Source: Camelus dromedarius (Eukaryota). Taken from it: a DNA stretch of 64,000 nucleotides. Shown here piece after piece: positions 11,757 through 23,833 of the stretch (its first letter is position 1; each line of letters starts with the position of its first letter). A model generated the notes under the pieces. It was given only the letters and a program-made list of their open reading frames with translations. It did no database searches and was not told the DNA's origin. The stretch lies in the NCBI RefSeq assembly GCF_036321535.1, contig NC_087436.1, positions 7,626,001 through 7,690,000 of the forward strand, read 5' to 3'. The position numbers and the translations under genes were made by a program.

Positions 11757-12390
11757 AGTTTTTAAAGACAACTTTTTAGAGCAGCTGTAGGTTCACAGCA
11801 GAATAAAGTGGAAGGAACAGAGATTTCCTATATACATCTTCACTACCCTCGAGCATACACAGCCTCCCCCATTTTTAATATCTCCATCTTTTAAGTTAAT
11901 GTTCTTTTTATTAGGAAAAAAAAAGGCAAAAGTTTACATCTTGGAATGGACATGAATTGCAATGTCTTGAACAGCAATGTTGATGGTTGTGCTCAAGTCC
12001 ATAGCCACAGCCTACTTTGCTGGCTCCAAGTCATGGTTCAGAAGTTTCTAAAAACTGAGTCCAAAGATGTTGCCTTAATAAAGGTTTCTTTTCAAAAATT
12101 TGTGTGAAGGGTGACCACCTGACACCCATTTTGCTCTAGCGAGATGCATACGACGCTAAACCAGCACACACCAGCCTGCCACGTGGTGCTACATACTCAC
12201 AACTGGTGAACCTACATTGACACATCATAATCATCCCAAGTCCAAGGTTTACCTTGGTGTTGCATATTTTATGAGTTTGCACGAGTTTCTGATGGCGTGT
12301 ATCCATAATTCCAACATCATACGAGTATTTTCACTGCTCTAAAATGCTTTGTGAACTTCATAAATGCTTCTCAGTCTCTTCCCTGCCCTT
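11757..12390 (-). mobile_element. L1MC/MD-type 3' UTR interrupted by a retrocopy
   Basis: tttttagagcagctgtaggttcacagca, resuming after the insert with gaacctacattgacacatcataatcatcccaagtcca. Confidence 0.85.
11889..12182 (-). pseudogene. Retrocopied mRNA 3'-UTR fragment; resembles the PTP4A2 3' UTR as recalled (unverified)
   Basis: Non-L1 insert that splits a contiguous L1 UTR. The minus strand ends ...ttttttttcctAATAAAaagaacattaacttaaaa, with the poly(A) signal at 11907-11912. Confidence 0.6.
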
Positions 12391-12970
12391 AGGTAGGACA
12401 GCATGGCTAGAACAAGCCAGAGTTGGATATTTCCCTTCCTCCAGGTCTGTTATGCTCTGGTAATAACCAACAGGTTAGGGTTTGGTTAGTTTCTCCTGAA
12501 AGGAGACGTTAAAAAGAACAGAGTGCTCTGGTGTATTTCAAAATAGTTCCTTTTTCCCTCCTCCTGTTGGAAGTATGAGGAAACTTTTCTCCTGTATTTA
12601 CCGTGTGGTCCTGCTCAGTCTCCTGGAGGTGACTCTCAAGTTATTGTGGAGGTCCCACTATGAGTGGGTCCCCTTGGAGTTTTTAACTCTCAGGTGTGTC
12701 TGCAGCTTGTATCCAGGAATTAGTTAATTGCAGTTTGGGTTTTCCTACCCCAGTCTTTGTTCCTATGTCAGTTTCTGCTTGTGCCTCTCTGCTCCACAAG
12801 CCGTGATTCAGTCTTGACCTGTCTGTCCCTCTACTCTTGAGGGCAGTGGTTTTCCCTGCACCCCCCACCTTTAACAGATCCCAAAAGAATTGCTGATTTT
12901 TCAGTCTGTTCAGCTTTTACTTGTCAGTAGGATGGAGTGGAGATTTCCAAGCTCTTTTTGTGTGGAACCC
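12391..12970 (-). mobile_element. L1M 5'-UTR-type segment
   Basis: Similar to 40040-41020 (agagttggatatttcccttcc, aagaacagag, tttcaaaa, ggaagtatgaggaaactt). Confidence 0.65.
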
Positions 12971-12989
12971 TGTTTACAAACTCTTCGAA

Positions 12990-13180
12990 TACAACATCAT
13001 ATTGAAATATTATATCTATAAATATAAATAGGCACAGATCCTAGAGGTAAAGCTTGATGTGTTCTCATTAAGTGAATGCACCTGTTTAACCAGCGCCCAG
13101 GTCAAGAAACAAAACATTACTAACAACCCGGACACATCTCTCGTTTACCTTTTCAAGTAGCCCTGTAACTACACCTTCAC
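12990..13180 (-). mobile_element. L1ME-type 3' fragment
   Basis: cacctgtttaaccagcgcccaggtcaagaaacaaaacattac motif. Confidence 0.6.
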
Positions 13181-13354
13181 CAAGAGCAAACACAAGTAAC
13201 AGAAGTACATTTTTTGGGAAATTATTTCAAAATCAAATTTTCTGAAGTTTACTTTTCCAGTAAACAAAGAACCTCTTTACCTTATGGAAATGGAACAAGG
13301 GGGTAGATGTCAGAGTTGGCTAGTAAATTTCACTTTATTATTTTCCCATCGTGG

Positions 13355-15852
13355 TGTTATTTTTTTTTTTAATATCCTCACTTTCTTTGGCACTCCTTCC
13401 ATCAAAAGGCAGAATCCGTGTTTCTTCTGTTCGAATCTGAATGACTTTGACTATGGAGGAAGAGACTCTAAGCACCTCTGAGGCTAGATATGACAGAGCT
13501 GCTATTTAATTACCTTGGGTGATTTATGCTGAAACATAATCACCAACCTCTGAGAAAGTCAAGCAGCCACATGAAGAAGCCCACCCATGGAGATGTTCCA
13601 GTCAACAGCAGAGGAGGTCCCAGATGATAGCCAGCCTCAACCACAAGAGAAGTGAAGAAAGACATTGTGGTGATGCCAACCCAGCCCCCATTTCACTATT
13701 AAAGCATGTGAGACTCTGAGTGAGAATCACTTAGCTGAGCAGAGTCAATCTTTAGAAACAAACAATTAAAATAAATTGGTAACTGTCTTTTAGGTCGTTA
13801 CTTCTTGGAGGTGATTTATTTCACAGCAATAGTAACTTAACTGATTTTTGTACTGGAAAGTGTTGTAACAGCAACTTAGAACATGTGTCATTGGCTTTGG
13901 GACAAAGGAACGGCTGGAAAGGTGTTATGGAGGGTTTTGGTGAAAGCTTCAAGGGCCATGAGGAGAGGCTAAACAGAAGTCTAAAGTCATGAGGTGAGCA
14001 TGGGGGCTTAAGGGACAGTGATGAAATGATTTGAGAAGCCAGAAGAAGGAGGACCTCACTGGCAGAAAGTTTGGTGGACACTATCATATATGATAACATG
14101 GAAAATAGGAAATGTGCCCGAGGAACTTGAAAATCTAAGATGATTTCCAGGAAGAGAGCAAAGCCATACCACATGGCTTTTTCTAGTTGAATGCATTACA
14201 CATAAGAAGGGAGAGGTGAGAAACAAAAGGAATTGTATAGTAAAATTGGAACAACATCTAAAGAAGAGAGTTTTCTAAATTAAAAACGAAAAATGTTTTC
14301 TCACTCCTTTCCAGTTGGCAATAATTCTCCAAGAAAAAAGTAATAAAAAGCTTCCATGCCAAGGTCACATCCAGGGTAAGACTATAAAGTACTTTGTGAA
14401 AACTTCAAAGAAATATAAAGTAGTGCCTTATTGAAACTTTTAGAGAGATAAAAGGCCTTTTATGAATCTTAAGGGCATGTGTTGCAAATCCTCTTTGTAA
14501 ACAATAGGGCTTCTAAGAATCTCAAGGGTGCTGTCCTATAGCAGTTTCATTGAGGGCTAAAGGTCCAGAAGGGCCTGTAATGGTAGTTATTTATAGCTGT
14601 GCATTTTGTCTAAAGGAATGAACTGTAAAACTTATAGAAAACCCACAAAGTTCTTAAGATATTGTTTTTCTGGGAAGCACCACCAACTTGGACAAAAAAG
14701 GAAAAAAAAGAGAAATATGAAATTAAAATAAGTCTTTGGATCCCCATAATTTCAGACAGTGAATCGGCTGAGACTGATTATTCAATTCAGTCTGTTTTCT
14801 TATGGGCAAAGGATGGATGGCTTTGTGGGTGGCATCAAGAGCTCAGAAAACGGAGCCACAATCCATAGACAATCACTCCCAGGGAGCAGCACTTGGCCCA
14901 TGCACTCCAGTTCCCCCTTTGGGTCAGCAGTGTCTATTGCTATAATGCCTTAACACAATACTTGTGTACTGAGTTTATGTAGAACACATAACTTTTTCAG
15001 TTCGTAGGCCTTCAAGTTGAGAGCAGTTCTTACCCAAAAACCTGTTCCCAACAAACCCAAACCAAGAGCCGCAACTCAACTTGTTGTGACTTAGATGGCA
15101 AGTTTTTGGACGTTGAGTTCTGTCTGATGAGAGGTTTAAGCGGTCTTAGAAAGGGATTTAAAACTTGAAATTTATTTTGTGTTTTATGGAATCATTCAAT
15201 CTGGCAGTATTACAGGATTTTAATTGACTAAATGCTTTCCCTTTCTCAAAGGGCCAAAATGCTTGCTTGGGAAAGAAAGATCATCAAATATATGGATTGA
15301 TTTTGCATCATATAAGATGACAATTAAGTTTTATACCATCTGGATTTCCAAATGTTTTATGTGAGAGAGATGTGAATTATCTGTTGCCAGTGTGTAAACC
15401 ATGACTGATTTATAACATAGTCCCTGAATTATTTAACACTGATCCCAGTAAGAGATGGAGATCTCTGTTCTCTACCTTTGCATACGGGTGGGTTTTGGCC
15501 ATGGTGGGAAGGACATTGGACAGTTTCTTTCTGGTTCTTTTGCCGCACATGTACATGGACCGTGTTCTAAGGAAGCAAAGCAACCTACAACAAGAAGTGG
15601 TCGCATATGAATGTTTAGATGATGATCACAGAAAAGATCCCAGATGACAGCATCAACCACAAGACCTGACCAACGAAGCATCAGTAATGACAGCAGCGCC
15701 ACCACCTACTGTAGCTGCCTGAGACTCTCAGCCAAGAACCACCTGGCTGAGCCCAGTCAACCACCACAACCATGAGAACTAGTAATAAAATAACTATTGT
15801 TGCTTTAAGCCACTAAGTTTTTGAATTATTACTCAATAGTAGTAACTAGAAA
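13355..15852 (+). mobile_element. MLT1 (MaLR) element: LTR - internal - LTR, decayed
   Basis: First LTR ends cagcaatagtaacttaac (~13841), followed by the MaLR internal start gatttttgtactggaaagtg. Second LTR ~15400-15852 ends ttaagccactaagtttt...caatagtagtaactagaa. Confidence 0.75.
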
Positions 15853-18356
15853 TCTAGATATAAATATATATAAGACTTGAGCTCAATTTAGATATGCTTT
15901 AACAACAAAACTTGCTAATTGTTCTTTGCTAACAGTTCAGTTTTCAACAATCCATTTTGTCTTCTAATTGAGTCTCATTCTGCTTTGTATCAGAGGTCTT
16001 TGATGGTAGAAGATCAAGTAATTACAGAAATGACTAAAAATGGTTTTGGCATGGTTATTGATCATATTTGAGAATCCAGGTGAGGGGGAACCTGTAATCT
16101 TACATGTTAAAAAAATCAGTTCATATAACGAATGCTTCTTTCTTCCTAAGCAAGTTCTTTGGAGGAAAGCCTTACAGTAACGGGTGGAGGTTATTTGGAG
16201 CCATACAAAACTATTCCAGAACCTTTGACTCTGTTTATGTACTTTGAAACTCTTTATATATTAAAGCTTTGAGTCTCTTTATGTACTTATTTTACATGAC
16301 TTTAAAAAATGTGACTTAGCGTTATTATGTTAACCCTTAGGTTCACTAAGAAATTATTATCAGAAGTTGTTTAACTTGTCTCCTATTTCTGATATATCAG
16401 TTCTTTGATTTTTCAGTTATTGTTTGATCTCAGCCAATTAAGATACCTAACTTCATTTTGTTAGCGTGTTAGAAGGTTGCCACTGCTCTGTGGTCAAATA
16501 GCTCATGCTGTGTTCTCTAAAAATGCTTTCTTTTTTGCTGTAAGTTGACCATTAACATGCAGTTTACAAATCATTTAAATTAATAAATCTACTGTTTTCC
16601 TTTGTGAATTAAATGCACTTTCATGTGGGTAGAAAGGAAAGTAAGCTCTAGTTCGAAGAGGCTCAGGATTTCACCCACAAAAAGTAATCTGGTTTTAAAG
16701 CCTCATTTAAGCTTTATCTGGCATTACAAAAGCTCAAAATCCTATAGACTCCTTTCAAGTAGAAAGTAGTGGAATTTCAATTTTGCTACATAGATTTCTC
16801 AGTGATGCTTGAAGTTTGATTTAACTAGATAAATGAATTAAAGGGTTGAAAATGGAAACGGAAGGAATGGATTTTGTGTGTGTATGTTGGATTATTCAAT
16901 AGAAAAATTTGGATAGTAGTTGTACACCTTTACTAGAGAAAGAATTTGATTTAAATTCAAACACAGATCACTAGATACAGGAAATAACTTGCTGACAAAT
17001 ATTAAATACATTGGGAATAATTTTGCCTTGAAGGTTGTAAAACAGCTTCCCTTGGAAGTTAGTATTTTTCTATTCTAAACTAGAATATCTAGAAAGTTCT
17101 ATCTTCTATGGACTTACAAGGATAAAATCCTAAATGAAAAGAAATGTATGTGCTCAGAGATCATTTAAGGTCTTCAATCATTATTGCTTGTATTCCATTT
17201 GAAATAATTTTGAAACCTATGCTCTCTATAATACATTTGTAAGTTTACAAATTTACATAAGTTTTCACCTGAAATTTTCCATTACAAGTTTAAATAGCTC
17301 CCAGGGATGTAATTTTGGTACATTGTAAACAACGGCATTCAAAAATAAAACTGTTACATCACTTTAAAAAATATAACCAGTGCAATCTAAATACCAGGTC
17401 AATTTGATATCTACCACCATTCAGGTTTAAACTGACAGTTTATTATTAACATTCAGAAGTTTACATTTTTCTTTCACCCTAAACATTATTTCTATTCTCC
17501 TCCCTCTAAAGATTTATATACAATAATTTAAGTCATAGTCAATCAATTTATCTGCTTAGAGTATCTTCATATATTAAAACATAATAAGTTTCAAATGTTA
17601 GTATAATTATTTTAATCCTACATATTTAATGTCTTTAATTGATCTTCCAATAATTCTTACATAGAAATTATAGATGTACAAATTAATGTACTTCTGTATA
17701 TATGAATGCACATTTATATTGCAAATTTAAATTAAGCTTTTTTCTTGTGATAAGAACCAATGAGGCATTACATCTCTTTTCCAGATTTAGAAAACACTAT
17801 ATTATAATGATAACACAATTAATCAAAATAGATTATTTTAAAAGCTTGCTAAATAATTGTTAAGGGTAAAAAGTATAATTTTATTGGAAATAAATCTCTC
17901 AGTAAGATGAATCCTGATCAACATTTGCCATGTATTTAATAAAGGGTAAATTTCAAATCCATAAAAAAAAAATTAGTCTCCTGGCTAGCCTATTATTTTA
18001 CTTATAGTTGATAAGAAATATAAATTATTAAATATTTGAAAAGATGAAATAAGATCAGGAGTGACTTGAATTTGACTAGTTACTTCATGATATTAATTGC
18101 TAAGATAATTTTTAACTATTTTCTTGAATAACATCTAACTTTTTAAAAATTACATAAAGATTTTTATCTTTCAGTTTTATTTATTTTATCCTAAGAATTT
18201 ATACTTTCTAGTAAACATTTCAGTTACATTTAAAATAATTAGTATCTATAATCTATATCAATGTCAAAATACTGTTTCAGTTGTTAATGTTTTGTTCTTC
18301 AGATTTGTCCTAAGAGTGAGTGCTAAGAATAGCTAAAAATAATTGATAATGTGTTA

Positions 18357-18359
<3 letters not shown>

Positions 18360-18391
<32 letters not shown>
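18360..18391. repeat. (TG)n microsatellite
   Basis: Directly visible. Confidence 0.97.
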
Positions 18392-18392
<1 letters not shown>

Positions 18393-18910
18393 ATTTAAGT
18401 CTGAGGCTACTTCTTTGGTGTCCCAAGAATCTCTCTCTCAAAAAAGAAAAAAAAAAAGATGCAATATTTTTAAAATAATGGGAAATGGAAAAGGAAAATT
18501 GCTCAATGAAAATAGCTATTATTTGTACCACAACACTTTACAACGTCTTTATGAGCCAAATAGAAATAGAAATATGTGTGAAAGAGAGAAAAACAGGAGG
18601 TTCTATGAATTTAAGTTCATTATATAAAGAAAAGCTTTTTGGTTGGGTAGCCTAGAAGCTTTTACGTCTTAAAAAATGAGCCATAATAAGATTTCAAATG
18701 GCTAGAAGTTGTGTTTGTGTATGAAAATAGCTACACAGAACCCTGCTGACGATCCAACTGTGGAATACAAATATGAGTGTCGGTTAGGATTCTACAAACG
18801 CAAGGGTAAGAAATGATAGAAACCAGAAAGAAAGGAGTGTTTGGTGGCCATGAGATGGAGGTTTGCATTGAAAGTGATTTAGGATGTAAATTCGGAAAGT
18901 TGGATGCATG

Positions 18911-18914
<4 letters not shown>

Positions 18915-18955
<41 letters not shown>

Positions 18956-18957
18956 GT
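18915..18957. repeat. (TG)n microsatellite
   Basis: Directly visible. Confidence 0.97.
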
Positions 18958-19534
18958 ATGGTGGGGACACAGGAAGGAGGGAGAAGTTGCCCTTTCTTAG
19001 ATTTTCACTGAATGACTGAAAAAAATAATGGTCCTGTAAACTGAGATTGAGAACCCCTGGCATTAGGAAAATTTGAATAAAGTTTTGGGGGAAGATATTG
19101 AACTCTGACACCTTGAATCAACTGAGGGAAATCATTTTAATATATTCGGTATTCACCTGGTTTCTGAAATTGTGAGGAAAAGTCTGAACTGGTGACATAC
19201 TATTAAAAGTCATCATAGTGTCCACTCGGGGGACCTAGAAGAAGCAGTCAAACTTACACACAAAAGGAGGAATGGGAAGATGGTAAGGCAGGGCCTGCAG
19301 GACAATGGAAGTCAAATATCAACCTGCCTTCTTTGGGGCTCTGGTTTTATATCATTAATCACTACCAGAACTCTGCTCACATTCCCTGCCCCTGACTCCA
19401 GTGTAAAATCCTAAAATTTAATTTGCTATTTTCCCATCAATAAAGTCTTTCTCTTCTGACTTTTCTTCACCTGTTGTGATTTTTCTTTCAGGTATCTAAG
19501 CTCCAGTCTCTTCAATTAATCCAACCTATTGCCT

Positions 19535-19851
19535 TCCTCCTCTTTCTTTCTTTCTTTTTTTTATATAATCTTTTATAGAAATATATATTGAAAATATTTT
19601 CTTCCAGTCTGACTTGCCTATTCATATTCTTTTTTTTAACATTTTTAGTTGATTTATAATCATTTTACAATGTTGTGTCAAATTCCAGTCATTCTAAGTG
19701 AAGTAAGCCAGAAAGAGAAAGAGAAATACCATATAAGATCGCTCATATGAGGAATCTAAAAAACAAAAACAAAAACAAACACACAAACAAAAAAGCAAAG
19801 CATAAATACAAAACAGAAATAGACTCATAGACATAGAATCCTCCTCTTTCT
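19535..19851 (-). mobile_element. Young L1 insertion with 13-bp TSD, 5' inversion and 3' transduction
   Basis: TSD tcctcctctttct at 19535-19547 and 19839-19851; T-rich tail; extra segment; second T tract; antisense L1 tip; sense-oriented L1 piece at 19689-19838. Confidence 0.85.
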
Positions 19852-20269
19852 AATAACAGACCAGATATTAAGTTCAAGTCTGTTTTCCATGTCTACTGAT
19901 TTGTTTTCAATGACCTCATCCCAAACTTTGCATATCTTTGTTGCCATCTGTTCTCCTTCTTTTCCCCATGATATTTTCTTCCATATTAATTATTCTAGTA
20001 AATCGTTTGGATCATGTCTGTTTCTGATTTAAAAACATTTGGATGAATCTAGGTTTTTCTTGAAAGATTATTTAAAAAGTCTCTTTGTATACTAACTAAA
20101 AATTGCTGGGGATTTGTTAACTTTTAAAAGATGTGCAAATTCTTTTTAGTTTGAATAACAACTTATAGACAAGAATGTTTGAACTTCGTCTTACTTTATA
20201 CAATAGAGGAACATAAAACTAACTCATATTTAGACTAATAGCTTTCATGAACATATATTTTAAAATTCT

Positions 20270-22858
20270 GTGACAAAACATTAGCAAGTTAAATCCAACA
20301 ATATATTAAAAATATACATCATGACCAAGTAAGATTTATTCTAGTCATGTATTTCTAGTTCAATCTAACAATCAAGTAATATAATTCATCATATCAAAAG
20401 GAAAAATAAGAAAAATCATATGATCATGTTAACTGCTGCAGAATAAGCACTGACAAAATCCAACATCATTCTTGATGAAATCTCTCAGCAAACTAAGAGT
20501 GGAGGAAAACATCCCCACTGGATAAAGAACACCTGTAAAACACCTGCAGTTACATTCATACTTAATAGTGGAAAAGTAGATGTTTCAGACTAAATTAACA
20601 GCAAGTCAGGGATGTCTTCTCTCATCACTCCTATTCAGTATTGTCCTGAAAGTCCTACCTAATGCTATAAGACAAGAAAGTGAAATTAAAAGTCTGCAGA
20701 TTAAGAAGGAAGGAATAAAGTTTTCTTTGTTTACAGATGACATAGCTGTCTATGTAGAAAATCCCAAAGAATCAACCAAATATCTTCTAAAACTAATAAG
20801 TAAAATAGCAGGTTAATAGATAAAAATCAGTTGCTTTCCTACGTACCAACAATGAACAAATGGGAGTTTAATTAAAAACAGAATATCACTCACATTAACA
20901 CCTAAAAATGAAATACTTAGGAATAAAGCTGACAAAGTATGTACGAGATCTACGTGAGGTAAAGTACAAAACTTGGATGAAAGAAATCAAAGAGGATGTA
21001 AGTAAATGGTAATACATTTCATGTTCAATATCGGAAGACTAGATATTGTTAATATATCAGTTCTGACCCAATTGATCTATATATTTAATACAACCCCAAA
21101 GTCTCAGCAAATTACTTTGTGGATATCAATAGACTAATTCTCAAGTTTATATGCAGAGACAAAATACCCCACATGGTAACCACAATATTGAAGTGCAGAA
21201 CTGGAAGGCTGATTCTGCCTGGTGTCATACTGAGTATAAAACTGTAGTAATTATGAAGCGTGGTGTTTACATAAGAATAGATTAGTAGTTTAAAAAAAAG
21301 GATAGAGAGCCCAGATATAGATCCACATATGTATAATAAACTCATCTTAGACAAGGGAGTGAAGGCAATTTCATGTAGAATACTCTTTTCAACTAATGAT
21401 GCTGGAACAATTGGACATCCTTATGCACAAACAAAAAACAAAACAAACAAAAAAGCCCCTTAATTTAGACAGAGTTCTTGCACAGAGACTCAGATTATAC
21501 ACCTTTCACAAAAATTAACTTAAAATGTTTCATAGACCTAAATGTAAAATGAGTACAAAACTATAAAACTCCTAGAAGACAACAGGAGGAAAAATAGGTG
21601 ACTTTGGCTTTGGAAATGAGCTTTTAGTTACAATAACAAGAACACAGTCCATGAAAGAAAAAAATTGATAAGTTGGACATCATTAAAATAAAAACATGTA
21701 AATTCTGGGAAGAATGCTGTTAGGAGAAGGAAGAGACAAGCCACAGACTAGGAGAGAGTCTTTGCAAAATGCATATCTGAAAATAATTGGTATCCAAAAT
21801 GTACAAAGAATTCTTAAAATGCAACAATAAGAAAAAAAAAATAACCTAATTAAAATGGGAAAGATACATAAACAGAAGTCTCACCAAAGAAGATGTACAG
21901 GAGGTAAGTAAACATGTAATAAAATGTTCAACGTTATATGTTATAAGCAAACTGCAAGGTAAAACAAAAAATTAGATACCACCACACACCTCATAGAAAG
22001 GCTGAAATTCGAAACATTAGAACATCAAATGCTAGTGAGGATGTGGAGAAACAGGAACTCTTATTCATTGCTGATGGAAACGCAAAATGGTAGAGCCACT
22101 TTGGAAGACAATTTGGCCTTCCTTACAAAAGCAAGCACATGTTTACCACATTATCCAGAAATCATGTTTCTTGGTATTTACCCAAATGAGGTGAAAACTT
22201 ATGTCTGCACAAAACCTTGACAAATATCTTTTTAGTAGCTTTATTCATAATTGCTTAAACTTGGAAGCAACTGAGATGTCCTTCAATAGGTAAATAGATA
22301 AATAATGTGTGTGACACCTGTGCAATTAAGTATTCTTCAGTGATAAAAAGAAATGAGCTCTCAAGTCCCCCCAAAGACATGCATAAGTCCAAATGCAAAT
22401 TTCTAGTGAAAGACGCTGATCTGAGAATACAGTAGATTCCAACTATATGATGTTCTGAAAAAAGCACAGCTATGGAGACAGTAAAAAGATCAATGATTGC
22501 CAAGATTTTAAGGATTGGGAGGAGAGGTGAAAATGGGGATTACAGGGGGTTTTCATGACAGTGAAACCTCTGTATGATGCTTGAATGGCGGATACAAGTC
22601 ACCATGTGTTTCAAAATACGTAAAGTGTACAACACAAATAATGGACCCTAATGTAGACTTTTAGTGCTCATAAGAGTGTGTCAAGGTCATCTCATCAGTT
22701 ACAGCAAAGGTACATATTCATGCTGTTGTTATTGATGAGGGAGACTGTCTGCCGGGGAAGTCAGGAGAAATGGGGGGAGGGGCACACGGGCATTTGCCAA
22801 ACTTTCTGTTCAATTTTTAATATAAAACTGCTCTAAAAAGTCTACTAATTAAAAGAAA
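20270..22858 (+). mobile_element. L1MC-type element: decayed ORF2 (RT and C-terminus) and 3' UTR
   Basis: ORF 20580-20816 (QGCLLSSLLFSIVLKVL...KFSLFTDDIAVYVENPKES) is the L1 RT motif region; the 3' UTR ends aaaactgctctaaaaagtcta. Confidence 0.93.
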
Positions 22859-23361
22859 TGTGATGCAGATGCCCAGCTGGAAATCTTATTAGCAAAGATG
22901 ACAGATCCCATTGCTAGTCTTTCATGGACTTTACCCCACCACGCATGGAAACATTCTGAGTCTGTTTTTGGATATAATCCTAGATATCCATCTGCTTTGA
23001 GGCTTTGTATTAATATAATTAACTGTTACAAAGAGATGTATTGCTTTAAATATTATCTTGGCCAAAAAATTTTATCTTATTAATATGAAAACATGTACAA
23101 TATTGAAGAATCACAAACACTCCAACACTCTTTCCTATTCCTTTCTATTTCTGTGGGGAAAAGAAAATACAGACTGAGATCATGTTTCTCTTTCATATTT
23201 TATTGGAAAATTCTGTTAAAAAGTTAGTGGAAAATTTTACCAAACTCTGTCAATAGTGATATGGAAAATGATGTGCTTTTTCTAGAATTGTTTATTACTT
23301 TTTCTCGATGTTTATTATGAAAAATTTTGAATATACAGAACAGCTGAAGGAATTTCCCACA

Positions 23362-23833
23362 TATTTTAGTTGGCTATTGCTGCCATGAAAAATCTCAAAG
23401 GGTAGAGGTTTTGAACAACAGACATTTATTTCTCACAGTCTTTGAGGCTGAAAGTTCAAGATCAAGGTGCTGGCAGTTTCAGTTTCTTGAGAAGGATACA
23501 TAGGCACTCTCCATACTTTCTGTTCAACACTTTTTAAACATAAAACTGCTCTAAAAAGTCTACTAATAAAATGTGATACATTTTTCTGTTCTTGGCTGTA
23601 GGTATTTGTCTTCTCCCTGTATCTTCACAAGGGCTTTTCCCTTCATCTGCATCCCTGGTACCTCTCTCTTCTCGTAAGGACATCAGACATATTGGATTAG
23701 GGCCCCACCTCAGGAACTCATTTAACCTGGATAACCTCGTATGTCCTATATGCCCTGTGTCCAAATTCAGTCACACTGGGGGTTAGAATTTCAATATATA
23801 ATTTTTGGGGGATAGAATTTGGTCCATAATAAC
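23362..23833 (-). mobile_element. MLT1A/B-type LTR carrying a ~95-bp insertion
   Basis: aacaacagacatttatttctcacagtc, aagttcaagatcaaggtgctggcag, tattggattagggccccacc, ending ccataataaca. Confidence 0.85.

Noticed and set aside
16000..18300. Long, very AT-rich repeat-poor stretch
   Set aside because: No periodicity, ORF or structure that I can support by eye.
18310..19111. ORFs with HT or CV dipeptide runs
   Set aside because: Translations of (TG)n microsatellites; the same applies at 49292-49498 and 62411-62674.
20580..20816. ORF with reverse-transcriptase motifs
   Set aside because: A short open fragment of a heavily mutated L1 ORF2 (FADD reads FTDD, with stops nearby); not a functional or novel RT system.
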